DNA from: a virus
IMG/VR virus record: IMGVR_UViG_3300045988_014767
Span: 1-52,514 of that record
Reading direction: 5' to 3' (one strand)
Length of the DNA: 52,514 bases
Under the pieces are notes generated by a model that was not told the DNA's origin, searched no databases, and was given only the letters and a program-made list of their open reading frames with translations. How positions within the stretch are numbered: position 1 is the stretch's first letter; the number at the start of each line of letters is the position of its first letter. The position numbers and the translations under genes are program-made. Of this stretch, positions 26,701-34,884 are shown in pieces.

Positions 26701-28358
26701 TCAATAAAGGCTTGCTTATTCTTTACAAGCAAATTTTGGGCATCTAAAACATCCTTGATTGATACACCCAATGAATCAAATGCCTTGGCATTATCTTCAA
26801 TGAATTGTTTTTTTGCTTCCAAATCATCACCAAGTGCATTCCACTTAACGGATAATTCTTCAATGGTTGCAATAGGCTTATATGCGTTTTCTGCAATGGA
26901 TTTATACCATTCCTCTGCTGCTTTCTTGGATTCGTTTGCCTTGCCTATGAAATGCGACACAAGGGCAATCAAAGCCGAAATGCCCGCAAGAATCCAACCG
27001 AACACCGGGATAGATTTTATTGCCGCCCCAACCATACGGAATGCCCCGGCAAGCCCGATATTTGCCGCCGTTCCAGCAACTGCGGATGCCGTTTGCACTC
27101 CTTGGGCTGCCGCCGCCCCGGATGTTGCGGTTGCATTGCCCGTTTTTGCCGCCGTGTTTGCTTGAACCGCCGCCGTGTTTGTGGTGGTTGCGGATGTTTG
27201 GGCAATGGTTGCCGTGGTGTCTGCGGTCTTTGCAACGGTTTCGGCAACTTGTTCACCTCGCCCGATGACTGTAAGTTTGTTCCACCATTCCTTTAACCCA
27301 TTGATGGTTGCAAGACGAAAGGCGGAATCCTTGTTCAATGCTTGTGATACCTGTTGCAATCCCATTGTGATTGACATAAGGGATTGGACTTTCAACATTA
27401 TCTTTTGCAAGTTTTCATTTTCTCCGGCAAATAATGCAACCGCGCCTTGTGCTGCCGTGAATCCACCCACAACACCATTCAAGCCGGAAATGATGCCTTG
27501 GAATTGTGCTTCATCATTGGAAAGGATTTTGCCTTGGGTTTGAATATCCCCTTGGATGTCCTGCAATCTTCCCAATTCTGCCGCCATTTCACGGTATTTG
27601 GCGGTTTGGTCGCCATATTGTTCGCGGTACAATGCCATTTCCTCACGCAATTCACGGATGCGCCCACGCAAGGAAACATGGGCTTGGGCGTTGTTTTCAA
27701 CCGCCGCCCTTGATTGCTCCAACTTGCTTGCCTCCGCTTCCAGTGCATTGGATTGGTTGCGTAACTCCGCCAACAATGATTTGCGTGTTGCCATCTCGCC
27801 TTTGATGGCTTGTGCCTTGTTCCTCAATGCCCGGTATTCTGCATCATTACCAGACTTCAACGCACCATTCATCTGCGTTGTTATCTTTTCATATTCTGCT
27901 TCAAGGGCGGCAAGGGCGTTTTCATTCATTTCACACGCTGCCCCTACCTGCGAAAGCGTTGCCCGGATTTCCTCGGCGGATGATGCCGCCCCGGCATTGG
28001 CACGCTGCAAGTTGTTCAATTCGGTAATCAAGGCAACCATGCCTTGTTTTTCATCTTCAAGTTCAGCCCTTGCCGCATTTGCTTGCTCGATAAGGGCATC
28101 TTGTGCCGCTCCCGGTTGCAACTCGTTAATCTTTGCGTTCAACTCGGCAACGGTATTTTCAAGGTTTTGGATAACCTGTTTTTGTATGTTGATTGATTCA
28201 ACGATTTCTTGTGTTGTCTTGTCCATCACATCACCACTGCCGACAACGGCATTGGAAAAGCCTTGAACCCTCCGCAATGTTTCTTCAATTGCTGCGTTCA
28301 TTTGGTCGTTATCCAAAACGGATGAAAAGGACAATGCACCACCGTTTACATCTGCCAT
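23703..28358 (-). CDS. Tape measure protein (1551 aa)
   Basis: Very long helical/coiled-coil protein with a central hydrophobic segment, located downstream of the frameshifted chaperones. Confidence 0.85.
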   Translation of the reverse strand: MADVNGGALSFSSVLDNDQMNAAIEETLRRVQGFSNAVVGSGDVMDKTTQEIVESINIQKQVIQNLENTVAELNAKINELQPGAAQDALIEQANAARAELEDEKQGMVALITELNNLQRANAGAASSAEEIRATLSQVGAACEMNENALAALEAEYEKITTQMNGALKSGNDAEYRALRNKAQAIKGEMATRKSLLAELRNQSNALEAEASKLEQSRAAVENNAQAHVSLRGRIRELREEMALYREQYGDQTAKYREMAAELGRLQDIQGDIQTQGKILSNDEAQFQGIISGLNGVVGGFTAAQGAVALFAGENENLQKIMLKVQSLMSITMGLQQVSQALNKDSAFRLATINGLKEWWNKLTVIGRGEQVAETVAKTADTTATIAQTSATTTNTAAVQANTAAKTGNATATSGAAAAQGVQTASAVAGTAANIGLAGAFRMVGAAIKSIPVFGWILAGISALIALVSHFIGKANESKKAAEEWYKSIAENAYKPIATIEELSVKWNALGDDLEAKKQFIEDNAKAFDSLGVSIKDVLDAQNLLVKNKQAFIDAQIEKAKASIYLAQAQEKIKEYIKAEQEYNAMPDTRSYYVQTSSFGTGYYVEGENTAKKEKKKELDELKAEITQGYTNAAAAEKAGLKKLKDAGIDATETYAKGSLGAIQQAIQLKQEALKKLTNNADYQKAMKEIEDLQKQADKITGNKNKNGGSGGGGSTSTKDPFLEKLAKYKSEYARFQKWVNSGDAILVASANKEFEKLLKEGATYIDYLKKQRDIILQVDIANRTKEQNKQLRQLNDAIAEETKRTVLEAFNQELSASLDNAKSVIEMLNIIEQKRKELSGDGTELDNAKKDVLDEAEQQAQNKVRQQTEALLNQYASFVAQKRRLEEQFNADVELLNRKRMQATTDAERAEIDQAIANRRAQYEKDDKGVGGYDDMLNQYGGYEQKKQRIMEQYAERRRIALLNNDQLLLAQLAQAEQEELSRLQSDLITKSADWQLLFSNLDGLTTDTIKRLMGQIESQKINLSAQMNPKDLQAINEQLEKARKEIESRNPFTALGAAYERLRQQMRDNKLLSGDDPFLRELQAKEEEYKQFQAWVNSGNSTLADGANQAFSELAQQGGTYLEYLKRKKQELQGKIDMGVDVGNSMDILDAMIRKTESGKSSSDLLKQSLKDTFSSVGGSIDFVNGVFNSVTSGLEKMGIQMDEETQAIMNDIGGIMEGASQLSQGIATGNPLSIIQGSIGLLSSAFDLFNSRDRKAEKQIKKHQEAITKLQNSYKQLEWQIDKALGGEVYKNQQAAIRNMQEQQAHLKASWEAEISKKHTDWGRVDEFMEQYAELGRQIEDMIDEISNDLLQTNAKDFASQLGDSLVEAFKSGEDAAKAMETTVNEVLQNLVVNQLKKKFLEQQLQSALDQLEKDMGYWNGDDFIFDGLSDAEIARFRQQVAAATSNFNQALDIYKDLFADLGLDDTDDSLTGAVKGVSEETANILAGQMNAIRINQLESTQILRQSLQALNTIVANTSYNKYLARIERIITILETNQSSDALRSQGLA

Positions 28359-28364
28359 ATATAC

Positions 28365-28664
28365 CTACATTAAAGAATTAACATAATTCAAAACTTGTTG
28401 TTGGTTATCCTCCGTCAATTCGATTTCACGCACGTTGTCATCTTCGGTGTCATAACTTGGTGCATCAATCATCATGCGTTGGACAATTGACCATGCAATG
28501 CCATGTAGCAAGTAATCATACGACCATCCGAAATGCTCACAGATTGCACCCCGCCGACCGTGTGGACTATTCAACCCACGTTGCTTTGCTCTATCGGATT
28601 CGGCATTGTGGTTCTGTCTGTGGACATCAATCTGATAGAGTTCAAAAAATCCCCAAGGTTGCAC
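28365..28664 (-). CDS. -1 frame extension of the tail assembly chaperone (T-like part of the G/GT pair)
   Basis: Overlaps the 3' end of 28571..29155 in the -1 frame. The slippery heptamer lies in the overlap. Confidence 0.6.
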   Translation of the reverse strand: MQPWGFFELYQIDVHRQNHNAESDRAKQRGLNSPHGRRGAICEHFGWSYDYLLHGIAWSIVQRMMIDAPSYDTEDDNVREIELTEDNQQQVLNYVNSLM

Positions 28665-29155
28665 ATGGTATTGATAAGCACATACAATTGATAAAGCCTT
28701 GATGGTTTGATGGTACGCAAGAAAAGGCGTGTCAATTGCTCCAATTTGGCTTCATCCTCAACCCATCGTGTGCCACCCTTTCCGGGAATGGCAATCAACC
28801 TATCTTCGCCAAGCACGGCGATGGCAACTACCTTTGCGCAACGCTCACAATGCTTGTGGGCATAATGTCTTGCCGCAACCATGCCATCACTTGATTTCAA
28901 TGCTTCTTCATCAATGGCAAATTCTATCCATTCGGATGAAAGGCGGTCAAGGGTTGCAAGGGTTGGTTCATTGATGGTGAACCTCCTTGTTACTTCTTTG
29001 GGGGTATGTTTCTTGAAAAATCCCCAACGCTTCACGGTTTCAAACTCAACATCCTTGACCTCAAAAGACACGCCCTTACCAATCAAGGTGTTCAACTCTT
29101 GCCGTTCCTGCTCCAATTTTTCTTGTTCCTTGCTCATATTATTGTGATTAAACAT
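28571..29155 (-). CDS. Tail assembly chaperone (G-like)
   Basis: Located between the major tail protein and the TMP. Start trimmed to MFNHNN. Confidence 0.6.
   Translation of the reverse strand: MFNHNNMSKEQEKLEQERQELNTLIGKGVSFEVKDVEFETVKRWGFFKKHTPKEVTRRFTINEPTLATLDRLSSEWIEFAIDEEALKSSDGMVAARHYAHKHCERCAKVVAIAVLGEDRLIAIPGKGGTRWVEDEAKLEQLTRLFLRTIKPSRLYQLYVLINTMCNLGDFLNSIRLMSTDRTTMPNPIEQSNVG
28643..28649 (-). promoter_or_regulatory. Slippery heptamer T_TTT_TTG (programmed -1 frameshift site)
   Basis: Zero frame reads GGG GAT TTT TTG AAC; the -1 frame reads GGA TTT TTT GAA and stays open to 28365. Confidence 0.6.
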
Positions 29156-29158
29156 TGA

Positions 29159-29187
29159 AGCCCCCAAGGGCTGTTGCTCCGGGGGCT
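29159..29187 (-). terminator. Stem-loop between the major tail gene and the chaperone gene
   Basis: agccccc...gggggct 7-bp GC stem. No clear U-tract. Confidence 0.35.
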
Positions 29188-29216
29188 TCGGGTTTCACTT
29201 TCAGGTTGCCCCGCTT

Positions 29217-29729
29217 TTAAGTTGTCGCGGGTTTCGCTCTCATCGCCTTTCCCGATGATACCGCACAAGGGGTAACGGTGAAATCGACAAGGAAAATACC
29301 CTTTGCCGACATATCGGCGTTGATGATGGCTTCGATGTCGCCATTGGGGATTTCAAAGTTCAAGCCCTGTTCGGCTTTCACCAAGATAGCCTTGTTTGCA
29401 ACGACTTCATCACCATCAAAACCCCAAACGGGGGCATCGGATGTACCCACGTTTTCGCCACCGACATAATCAATCAAATCTTGCACGTTGGCATCCATGA
29501 TTGAGAATGTAAGTTTCGGCATCTTCTTGGATTTCTTGCGCACTTCGGGGGCTGCCTTGCCCTCCTCGTAATGCTCCGTCACATCGGCGGCATCCTGCGC
29601 AATCTTGCAAGTATCTTTGTAGGTCTTGCCGATTTTGGCAAGCGAGCCGGGCATCACACCAGTTGTTGATGCTGCACCAACTTGGATTTCACACAGACCA
29701 AGCGTGATTAAAGATGTTCTTTCTGCCAT
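29217..29729 (-). CDS. Major tail protein
   Basis: Position upstream of the chaperones and size (~170 aa). Start trimmed to MAERT after the upstream stop. Confidence 0.55.
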   Translation of the reverse strand: MAERTSLITLGLCEIQVGAASTTGVMPGSLAKIGKTYKDTCKIAQDAADVTEHYEEGKAAPEVRKKSKKMPKLTFSIMDANVQDLIDYVGGENVGTSDAPVWGFDGDEVVANKAILVKAEQGLNFEIPNGDIEAIINADMSAKGIFLVDFTVTPCAVSSGKAMRAKPATT

Positions 29730-29736
29730 GATGAAA

Positions 29737-30138
29737 TTAAATTTGAATGTTCCAATCAATGCGGATGTTCACGAAATGTTGCCGTGTGTTTGGCTCATAC
29801 ATGATTGTCATGTTGCCGGGTATGGCTTTAATTCCGTGGATTTCCGCTTTTCTCACTATTGCCAAGACTTCTTTTGCCAAGGCTTTCAATCTCGTGCGGT
29901 TTGCTGACAACACCGATTTGCCCTTGATTTTCTTGGGGGTGTCCGGGGTATAGATGTTGATGTTGCTTGTACCTATTTGCGGCAAGCCGTCTTGCGTCAA
30001 ATCAACGGTATTCACGGCAATATCTTCATCCTGCGAATTGTCCGGGCGGTCACCATCATGGTAACAAGCACCCTTGATGGATGTGTTGCCATTGAGCAAG
30101 CCAAACAAGATTTCGTTGGTATCAAATGATGTAATCAT
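29737..30138 (-). CDS. Tail terminator / neck protein candidate
   Basis: Synteny only (between the gp10-like protein and the major tail protein). Confidence 0.4.
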   Translation of the reverse strand: MITSFDTNEILFGLLNGNTSIKGACYHDGDRPDNSQDEDIAVNTVDLTQDGLPQIGTSNINIYTPDTPKKIKGKSVLSANRTRLKALAKEVLAIVRKAEIHGIKAIPGNMTIMYEPNTRQHFVNIRIDWNIQI

Positions 30139-30602
30139 TCGGCTGCACGTTTAATGTTAGTAATAAGTTTCTCCAACATCCGGGGCAATTCCCGTTGGGC
30201 AAGATGTTCCGCGCTTGATAGCACATTATATCCTCTCGCTTCAACGTATGCGGCATAATTCATTCCGGCAACCACAACAAGGGCAACACCCTTGGTTTGT
30301 TTTCCCACCTTATCGGCAATGGTTTGCCCGGCTTTCATTCCTTTTGCGGCTGCACCGCTTTCCGCTCCGCTCGCCGCATCGAATTGGGTATGAACGGCAA
30401 CGCCATCCACAAAGATTTGATAACCCGTGGACGATAGCAACGCCCCGGTTTGCATCATATACCCTTTGTTGTTTCTTGCTTCAATCAAGCACATTTCGCC
30501 CAGCCTTTGCAAGCTGGCAATCTGCTTTTTTTCAATCTCATTCAAGAAAGCATCAAAGCGGTTGCGCACATCATCCTTTGTGAAATTCGCCTTTATACCC
30601 AT
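30135..30602 (-). CDS. HK97 gp10-like neck/tail component
   Basis: Synteny and an N-terminal pattern resembling the HK97 gp10 family. Confidence 0.45.
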   Translation of the reverse strand: MGIKANFTKDDVRNRFDAFLNEIEKKQIASLQRLGEMCLIEARNNKGYMMQTGALLSSTGYQIFVDGVAVHTQFDAASGAESGAAAKGMKAGQTIADKVGKQTKGVALVVVAGMNYAAYVEARGYNVLSSAEHLAQRELPRMLEKLITNIKRAAE

Positions 30603-30928
30603 AACCGTGAATGTAATTGTGCTTTGTCAAAGTTCAAGCATATTCCGGCAATGCGGATGTCCGAACAATCCATATCGTTTGCAATCACTACCATTGCACC
30701 TTTGGCAACCATTGGGCAAGTTGTGGGCAACTGAATAACGGATGTCGCTTTTTGGGTTTTCCCTCCTGCAACTTGGTATTCCGTACCCTTGCCATCGGAT
30801 TCCTCACGGCACATGGAAATGAACTTGCGCGATGATTCGCATTCAACCCAATTGCCCCCGGCATCCTGCACGGATTCGGCGGCTTCCTCAATGAAAAGGA
30901 AATGGGGGTATTGCTTTACTGCTGCCAT
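30593..30928 (-). CDS. Head closure / head-tail adaptor candidate
   Basis: Synteny. Start trimmed to MAAVKQ next to the upstream stop. Confidence 0.4.
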   Translation of the reverse strand: MAAVKQYPHFLFIEEAAESVQDAGGNWVECESSRKFISMCREESDGKGTEYQVAGGKTQKATSVIQLPTTCPMVAKGAMVVIANDMDCSDIRIAGICLNFDKAQLHSRLWV

Positions 30929-30929
30929 A

Positions 30930-31244
30930 TCACCATATATTTGAGCGGTTGCGAATTTTCGGACGTGTGGCAAGCACATTATCTTTGCCAAGTTCGTGAC
31001 ACAAGGCATTGTAATACATCTTAACGGCATCCATGTTCCAAGAAACGGAATATCCACCCTCCGACACGTTTTGCATAGTGCCTTTGAGGATGACCGAAAA
31101 GCGGTCATAAACCGCCGTATCACATTGCTTGCAATCAACTTCGGCATCGGCTTGAACTCCACCTTTTATCATGATGATTTCAATATCATCATCGGAAAGG
31201 TTAAGCCCGTTCAATGCCTTGGTAAGATATTCTTTGTTCGTCAT
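30930..31244 (-). CDS. gp6-like head-tail connector candidate
   Basis: N-terminal LTKALNGLNLSDDDIEIIM pattern and its position after the capsid gene. Confidence 0.45.
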   Translation of the reverse strand: MTNKEYLTKALNGLNLSDDDIEIIMIKGGVQADAEVDCKQCDTAVYDRFSVILKGTMQNVSEGGYSVSWNMDAVKMYYNALCHELGKDNVLATRPKIRNRSNIW

Positions 31245-31268
31245 AATCCATCTTGCTTTCAGAACTCC

Positions 31269-31303
31269 GGGGCGGTGTCCTACGCTTTAACCGCCACCGC
31301 CCC
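31269..31303. terminator. 9-bp GC stem-loop just downstream of the major capsid gene
   Basis: ggggcggtg...caccgcccc. The T-run is on the plus side only. Confidence 0.35.
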
Positions 31304-31314
31304 TTTGTTCAATG

Positions 31315-32421
31315 TTAGTTCTTGTTCCACGATGTCGCATTAACCTGCATCAAAACGCTTCTTCCGGCAAGATTCCACGCGGGGAAAAGGTTTGCAATTC
31401 CCTCGGTAACCTCCTGTACCGGGCTTTCGTTGGAATACTTCTTGACAAGGGTGTGTCCGTGCATAACCTTTTCGGCTACGCTGCCGGGCATTGCCTTTGC
31501 GTCAATCGGCTTTTTCCAATACGTGTTGCCAAGTACCTTGCTTTCGCTGAAAAGGATAACATCATCCTCAAACGGATTTTCAGTGATGCGTGTGCCATCG
31601 GCAAGTTCCAATGTGATGTCTTGGTCAATCACAATGATTTGCAAGCCACGGAACAATTCCTTTTTCTTGGCAAGGTAAGCATTCACGGTTGCAAGGTCGG
31701 GGGCATCCTGTGTGTCGGTTACGTTCTGAATGAATGTGGCACACTTCTTATAAACTTCCTCTTGGGCGGCAAGTTTCTCAAAAGTATCAACATTCATAAA
31801 CGCAAACTTGTAGGTTGCGCCATACAACTTCTTGCCCAGCTTCAGGGCGGCGGGGAAATCCTTTGTGAAAGGCTTTCCGGCTGTTCCTGCCGTGTAATCG
31901 GTTGTTACGCCGATTTTCTGCTCTGCCGGGATAAGGTAATCAACATCGTATTCGGTTACGACTGCTGCATTGTTGGAATTGGTGAACTTCACCTTGCCAA
32001 GTGAAATTTGCTTCAACGCAATCCACTCGGCACGTGCTGCAACGCCATCCCAACAAAATTTGGTGTCCTCTGCCCAAAACTCCACAAGGGCTTTGAGGTC
32101 GGGATTATTGCTCGACATGGCAACCATGATGTCATATTCGGTCAATTCATCCTCGTTTTTCTCTCGCGATATGGTAATCTTGGGGATGTCACCTTGGATG
32201 CGTGAAATCGCTTCACGGGTCTTTCTCGGAATTGTCGCACCCCTTGCCACAAGGTCGGCGGCAATCTTCAAGCCGGATTGCGCTTCAAGCATCTTCCACG
32301 TGAGGAAATTGGTTTCCTTCAACGGGAAAAGGGTTGGATAATAATAGTCTTTGAGGTCGTAAGTGCGAATTACGGCTTCCATGTCCTTTTCATTCAACCC
32401 TACCATCAAACTCTTTTGCAT
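31315..32421 (-). CDS. Major capsid protein (lambda gpE-like family)
   Basis: 368 aa following scaffold and decoration genes. N-terminal YYPTLFPLKETNFLTWKMLEAQSGLKIAADLVARGATIP resembles Phage_cap_E. Confidence 0.7.
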   Translation of the reverse strand: MQKSLMVGLNEKDMEAVIRTYDLKDYYYPTLFPLKETNFLTWKMLEAQSGLKIAADLVARGATIPRKTREAISRIQGDIPKITISREKNEDELTEYDIMVAMSSNNPDLKALVEFWAEDTKFCWDGVAARAEWIALKQISLGKVKFTNSNNAAVVTEYDVDYLIPAEQKIGVTTDYTAGTAGKPFTKDFPAALKLGKKLYGATYKFAFMNVDTFEKLAAQEEVYKKCATFIQNVTDTQDAPDLATVNAYLAKKKELFRGLQIIVIDQDITLELADGTRITENPFEDDVILFSESKVLGNTYWKKPIDAKAMPGSVAEKVMHGHTLVKKYSNESPVQEVTEGIANLFPAWNLAGRSVLMQVNATSWNKN

Positions 32422-32443
32422 ATTCGCTTAATTGTTTTAGGGG

Positions 32444-33010
32444 TTAAACATAAACCACACCTTTAAGGGCGGTTTTGATAGCATCATTCACGATGGGGGC
32501 GGTTGCCTTGTTCACTACACCGATAACCCATGCACTGACAAACAAGTTGGTGTCGCTCTTGACATCTTCGTTGCTCCCGGCAATGGCAACCGGGGTAACT
32601 TTCAATGTCTTGTTCGCTCCACTTGATTCAAATGCACAAGTTCCGGCGGCAATCTTGGATGCCGAAAGGGTTGTGCCTACGGTGATGATGTCCTTTGCGG
32701 GGTCGGACTTGTCAATCGCGGTGATGGTCTGACCGTTGCAATCTGCTGTTGCGAAACGGTCACCAACCTTGAAATGATGCCCCTTGGCAACTTCGTATGA
32801 TGTTGCACTTGCTGCCGCTTCGGTAACGATTTGGGCGGTCTTGCAAACCGCATACAAGCCATTTGCATCAACACCAATTGGCGTTCCCTCAAACAATGCC
32901 GTGCCGCCCAGATTGGCAACCTTAACGGTAACGCCACCGGGGATGTCTGCAACGCGATGCAAGATGCACTTGACAACGCGGTTGTCTTTCTTTCGTTCAA
33001 TCTGCAACAT
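32444..33010 (-). CDS. Head decoration / head fibre candidate
   Basis: Synteny between scaffold and capsid. Ala/Gly/Thr-rich beta-type sequence. Confidence 0.35.
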   Translation of the reverse strand: MLQIERKKDNRVVKCILHRVADIPGGVTVKVANLGGTALFEGTPIGVDANGLYAVCKTAQIVTEAAASATSYEVAKGHHFKVGDRFATADCNGQTITAIDKSDPAKDIITVGTTLSASKIAAGTCAFESSGANKTLKVTPVAIAGSNEDVKSDTNLFVSAWVIGVVNKATAPIVNDAIKTALKGVVYV

Positions 33011-33028
33011 TGTTGTTGGTTTTTACGG

Positions 33029-33718
33029 TTAAACTTCTTTGCCCTTGAATGTATCATTTTCGGGCTTCTGCGATGCCACGAAATCGGCAACACCCTTGGA
33101 AATACCATCTTCACCTTTTTGGGCGAAAAGGGGCTTTCCACTTGCACCGCCAAGGGCGGCATTCGCCACATTCTGATTTGCGGTTGCGATGTCCGTTTCC
33201 TTGTCTTTCAGGTATTCCGCAAACTCATCATCGGTTTCAAACTTCATGCGGGCGAAATCTTTCAAGGTTTGTGCCTTGAATGTTTCATCCTTGCATCCGT
33301 TCAACTTCTCATTGAGTTGGGCAAGCCTTGTATCGGCAAGGTTCTTGGTTTCGTAACCTGACAACTTTTCTTCAAAGGGCTTGACTGCTGCCGCAACTGC
33401 CGCTTTGACAATCTCCGCAAGGTTTTCCGGGTTCTTGTTCGGGTCACCGCCGGGTTCGGTTTCCTTTTCCTTGAAATCGTACTTCTTGCGCAAATTGGTT
33501 TCAAAGGTCTTGTTACTCTCGGACACCTCTTTGTCCACATCCTTGCGATAATCCTTGATAAACTCGTTCACTTGCGCATCGGTGAGTTTGTCCACAAGGG
33601 TTTTCGCTTCTTCTTCGGTTGCTGCTTGTAGGGCAAGGATGCCCGCCATAACTGACAATCCGTCTTTCCGCACGCCTTGGAACTTCGCCACAAGTAATGC
33701 CAAAATTGTTTTCTTCAT
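33029..33718 (-). CDS. Scaffolding protein candidate
   Basis: Helical, charged 229-aa protein upstream of the capsid gene. Confidence 0.5.
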   Translation of the reverse strand: MKKTILALLVAKFQGVRKDGLSVMAGILALQAATEEEAKTLVDKLTDAQVNEFIKDYRKDVDKEVSESNKTFETNLRKKYDFKEKETEPGGDPNKNPENLAEIVKAAVAAAVKPFEEKLSGYETKNLADTRLAQLNEKLNGCKDETFKAQTLKDFARMKFETDDEFAEYLKDKETDIATANQNVANAALGGASGKPLFAQKGEDGISKGVADFVASQKPENDTFKGKEV

Positions 33719-33753
33719 CTGAATTGAATGTATTAAGTTTCACAAATCACCTA

Positions 33754-33761
33754 CAAAGATA
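33754..33761 (-). promoter_or_regulatory. Minus-strand -7 box TATCTTTG upstream of the scaffold gene
   Basis: CAAAGATA on the plus strand. Confidence 0.4.
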
Positions 33762-33765
33762 CCGT

Positions 33766-33782
33766 GTTTTATAGTGATACAC
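33766..33782 (-). promoter_or_regulatory. Recurrent 17-mer GTGTATCACTATAAAAC, copy 3
   Basis: Sense orientation, 47 nt upstream of the scaffold ATG. Confidence 0.5.
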
Positions 33783-33856
33783 TTAATAAAAGGCGGTTAG
33801 TTATGCTTAACTTATCAACAATTTTGCAATGCAAGTGCATTTTTTCGCCAAAAAAG

Positions 33857-33887
33857 TTTGTTGTATTAAATAAAACAACTATCTTTG
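33857..33887 (+). promoter_or_regulatory. Plus-strand promoter (TTTG -33 at 33857..33860, TATCTTTG -7 at 33880..33887) for the accessory island
   Basis: Both consensus boxes are present, with a 19-nt gap between them. Confidence 0.55.
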
Positions 33888-33889
33888 CG

Positions 33890-33906
33890 GTGTGTTACTA
33901 TAAAAC
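33890..33906 (+). promoter_or_regulatory. Recurrent 17-mer GTGTGTTACTATAAAAC, copy 5 (plus-sense)
   Basis: Immediately after the -7 box and 40 nt upstream of the ATG at 33947. Inverted relative to copy 3 in the same intergenic region. Confidence 0.5.
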
Positions 33907-33946
33907 ACAATGCAACATAAGTATAACAATAAAAACTTTCGCAATA

Positions 33947-34177
33947 ATGGCAACAACAATTGAGGATTTGAAAAATCAAATCATGGAAAGGGCAAAAGCC
34001 CAAATCACAACCGCCGAACATGATTATCAAAAGGGCATCGAGGATTGCAAAATGGGTGTGTATGATAAATGGTTTCGTTACCACCGCAAGGATGATGGCA
34101 ATGCCTATGATAAAGGTTGGGTGTTCCAAAACCAAACAATACAATGTGAAACGGTTTCTTTCCTGCCGGGCTTATAA
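33947..34177 (+). CDS. Hypothetical protein (76 aa)
   Basis: First ATG after the promoter (MATTIEDLKNQ...). Confidence 0.5.
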   Translation: MATTIEDLKNQIMERAKAQITTAEHDYQKGIEDCKMGVYDKWFRYHRKDDGNAYDKGWVFQNQTIQCETVSFLPGL

Positions 34178-34207
34178 TTCAAGTTTAACAAATAATCTTT
34201 CGCAACA

Positions 34208-34474
34208 ATGAAACAATGTATCAAAGAACAAATTGAAAAGTTGGATTATGAAACCCAACTTCGTGTGAATGAAACAATCCAAGCCCTTGACAATGGCAAG
34301 GCAAGTTCCATTGAATTTTATTCCGATGGTTCGGGGGTTTCCTTTGAATACCATCACCCAACAATCAACCACGGATGCCCCGGCACGTTGGCATCATCAT
34401 TCCGGACGGAACAAGCCTTGATAATACTTGCCGGACATCGCTTGTGTTCACATAAACTTCCCAAATGCTTTTGA
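34208..34474 (+). CDS. Hypothetical protein (88 aa)
   Basis: Co-oriented ORF. Confidence 0.45.
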   Translation: MKQCIKEQIEKLDYETQLRVNETIQALDNGKASSIEFYSDGSGVSFEYHHPTINHGCPGTLASSFRTEQALIILAGHRLCSHKLPKCF

Positions 34475-34478
34475 TGAT

Positions 34479-34847
34479 ATGGTTGGAAAATCAAGTTTAT
34501 ACACGCCGCGTTGCAAGGACTTCAACGCGGCATTCAAAGGTTTGGCGAACGTTACCACGCACGCAACCGAAACAAACCATTACGATGGCACATTTACCGA
34601 TTTTGACGGGTCGGTTTACATCAATCACCGCGAATGGGTATCAATCGCCGAAACCGATGGCAAGTTCATGGTTTATATCAACAATCCCGGTTGCCCTGTG
34701 GATGCCGATGGATGCTCGGTGTTCACCAAGGAACACCCGCAACAACAATGGGTGTTCGGGTATTACGAATCATTCAAACGGGCATTGAACCGCGCAATGG
34801 CAATTGTTCGCGGTTACACATACCCCGCACCCATTGAAATATGGTGA
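34479..34847 (+). CDS. Hypothetical protein (122 aa)
   Basis: ATG (MVGKSSLY) 5 nt after the upstream stop. The listed TTG start at 34428 is less likely. Confidence 0.45.
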   Translation: MVGKSSLYTPRCKDFNAAFKGLANVTTHATETNHYDGTFTDFDGSVYINHREWVSIAETDGKFMVYINNPGCPVDADGCSVFTKEHPQQQWVFGYYESFKRALNRAMAIVRGYTYPAPIEIW

Positions 34848-34875
34848 TTATTCACTTTGTATTAAATAAATTAGT

Positions 34876-34883
34876 TACCTTTG
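34876..34883 (+). promoter_or_regulatory. -7 box TACCTTTG ending 2 nt before the ATG at 34885 (possible leaderless transcript)
   Basis: Consensus match in the 37-nt gap. Confidence 0.35.
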
Positions 34884-34884
34884 T

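Noticed and set aside
34208-34847. 34208..34474 and 34428..34847 as one gene broken by a frameshift (pseudogene)
   Set aside because: A stop (TAA at 34422..34424) closes the second frame upstream of the listed TTG start. A good ATG (34479) lies 5 nt after the first gene's stop. Two separate small genes is the simpler reading.
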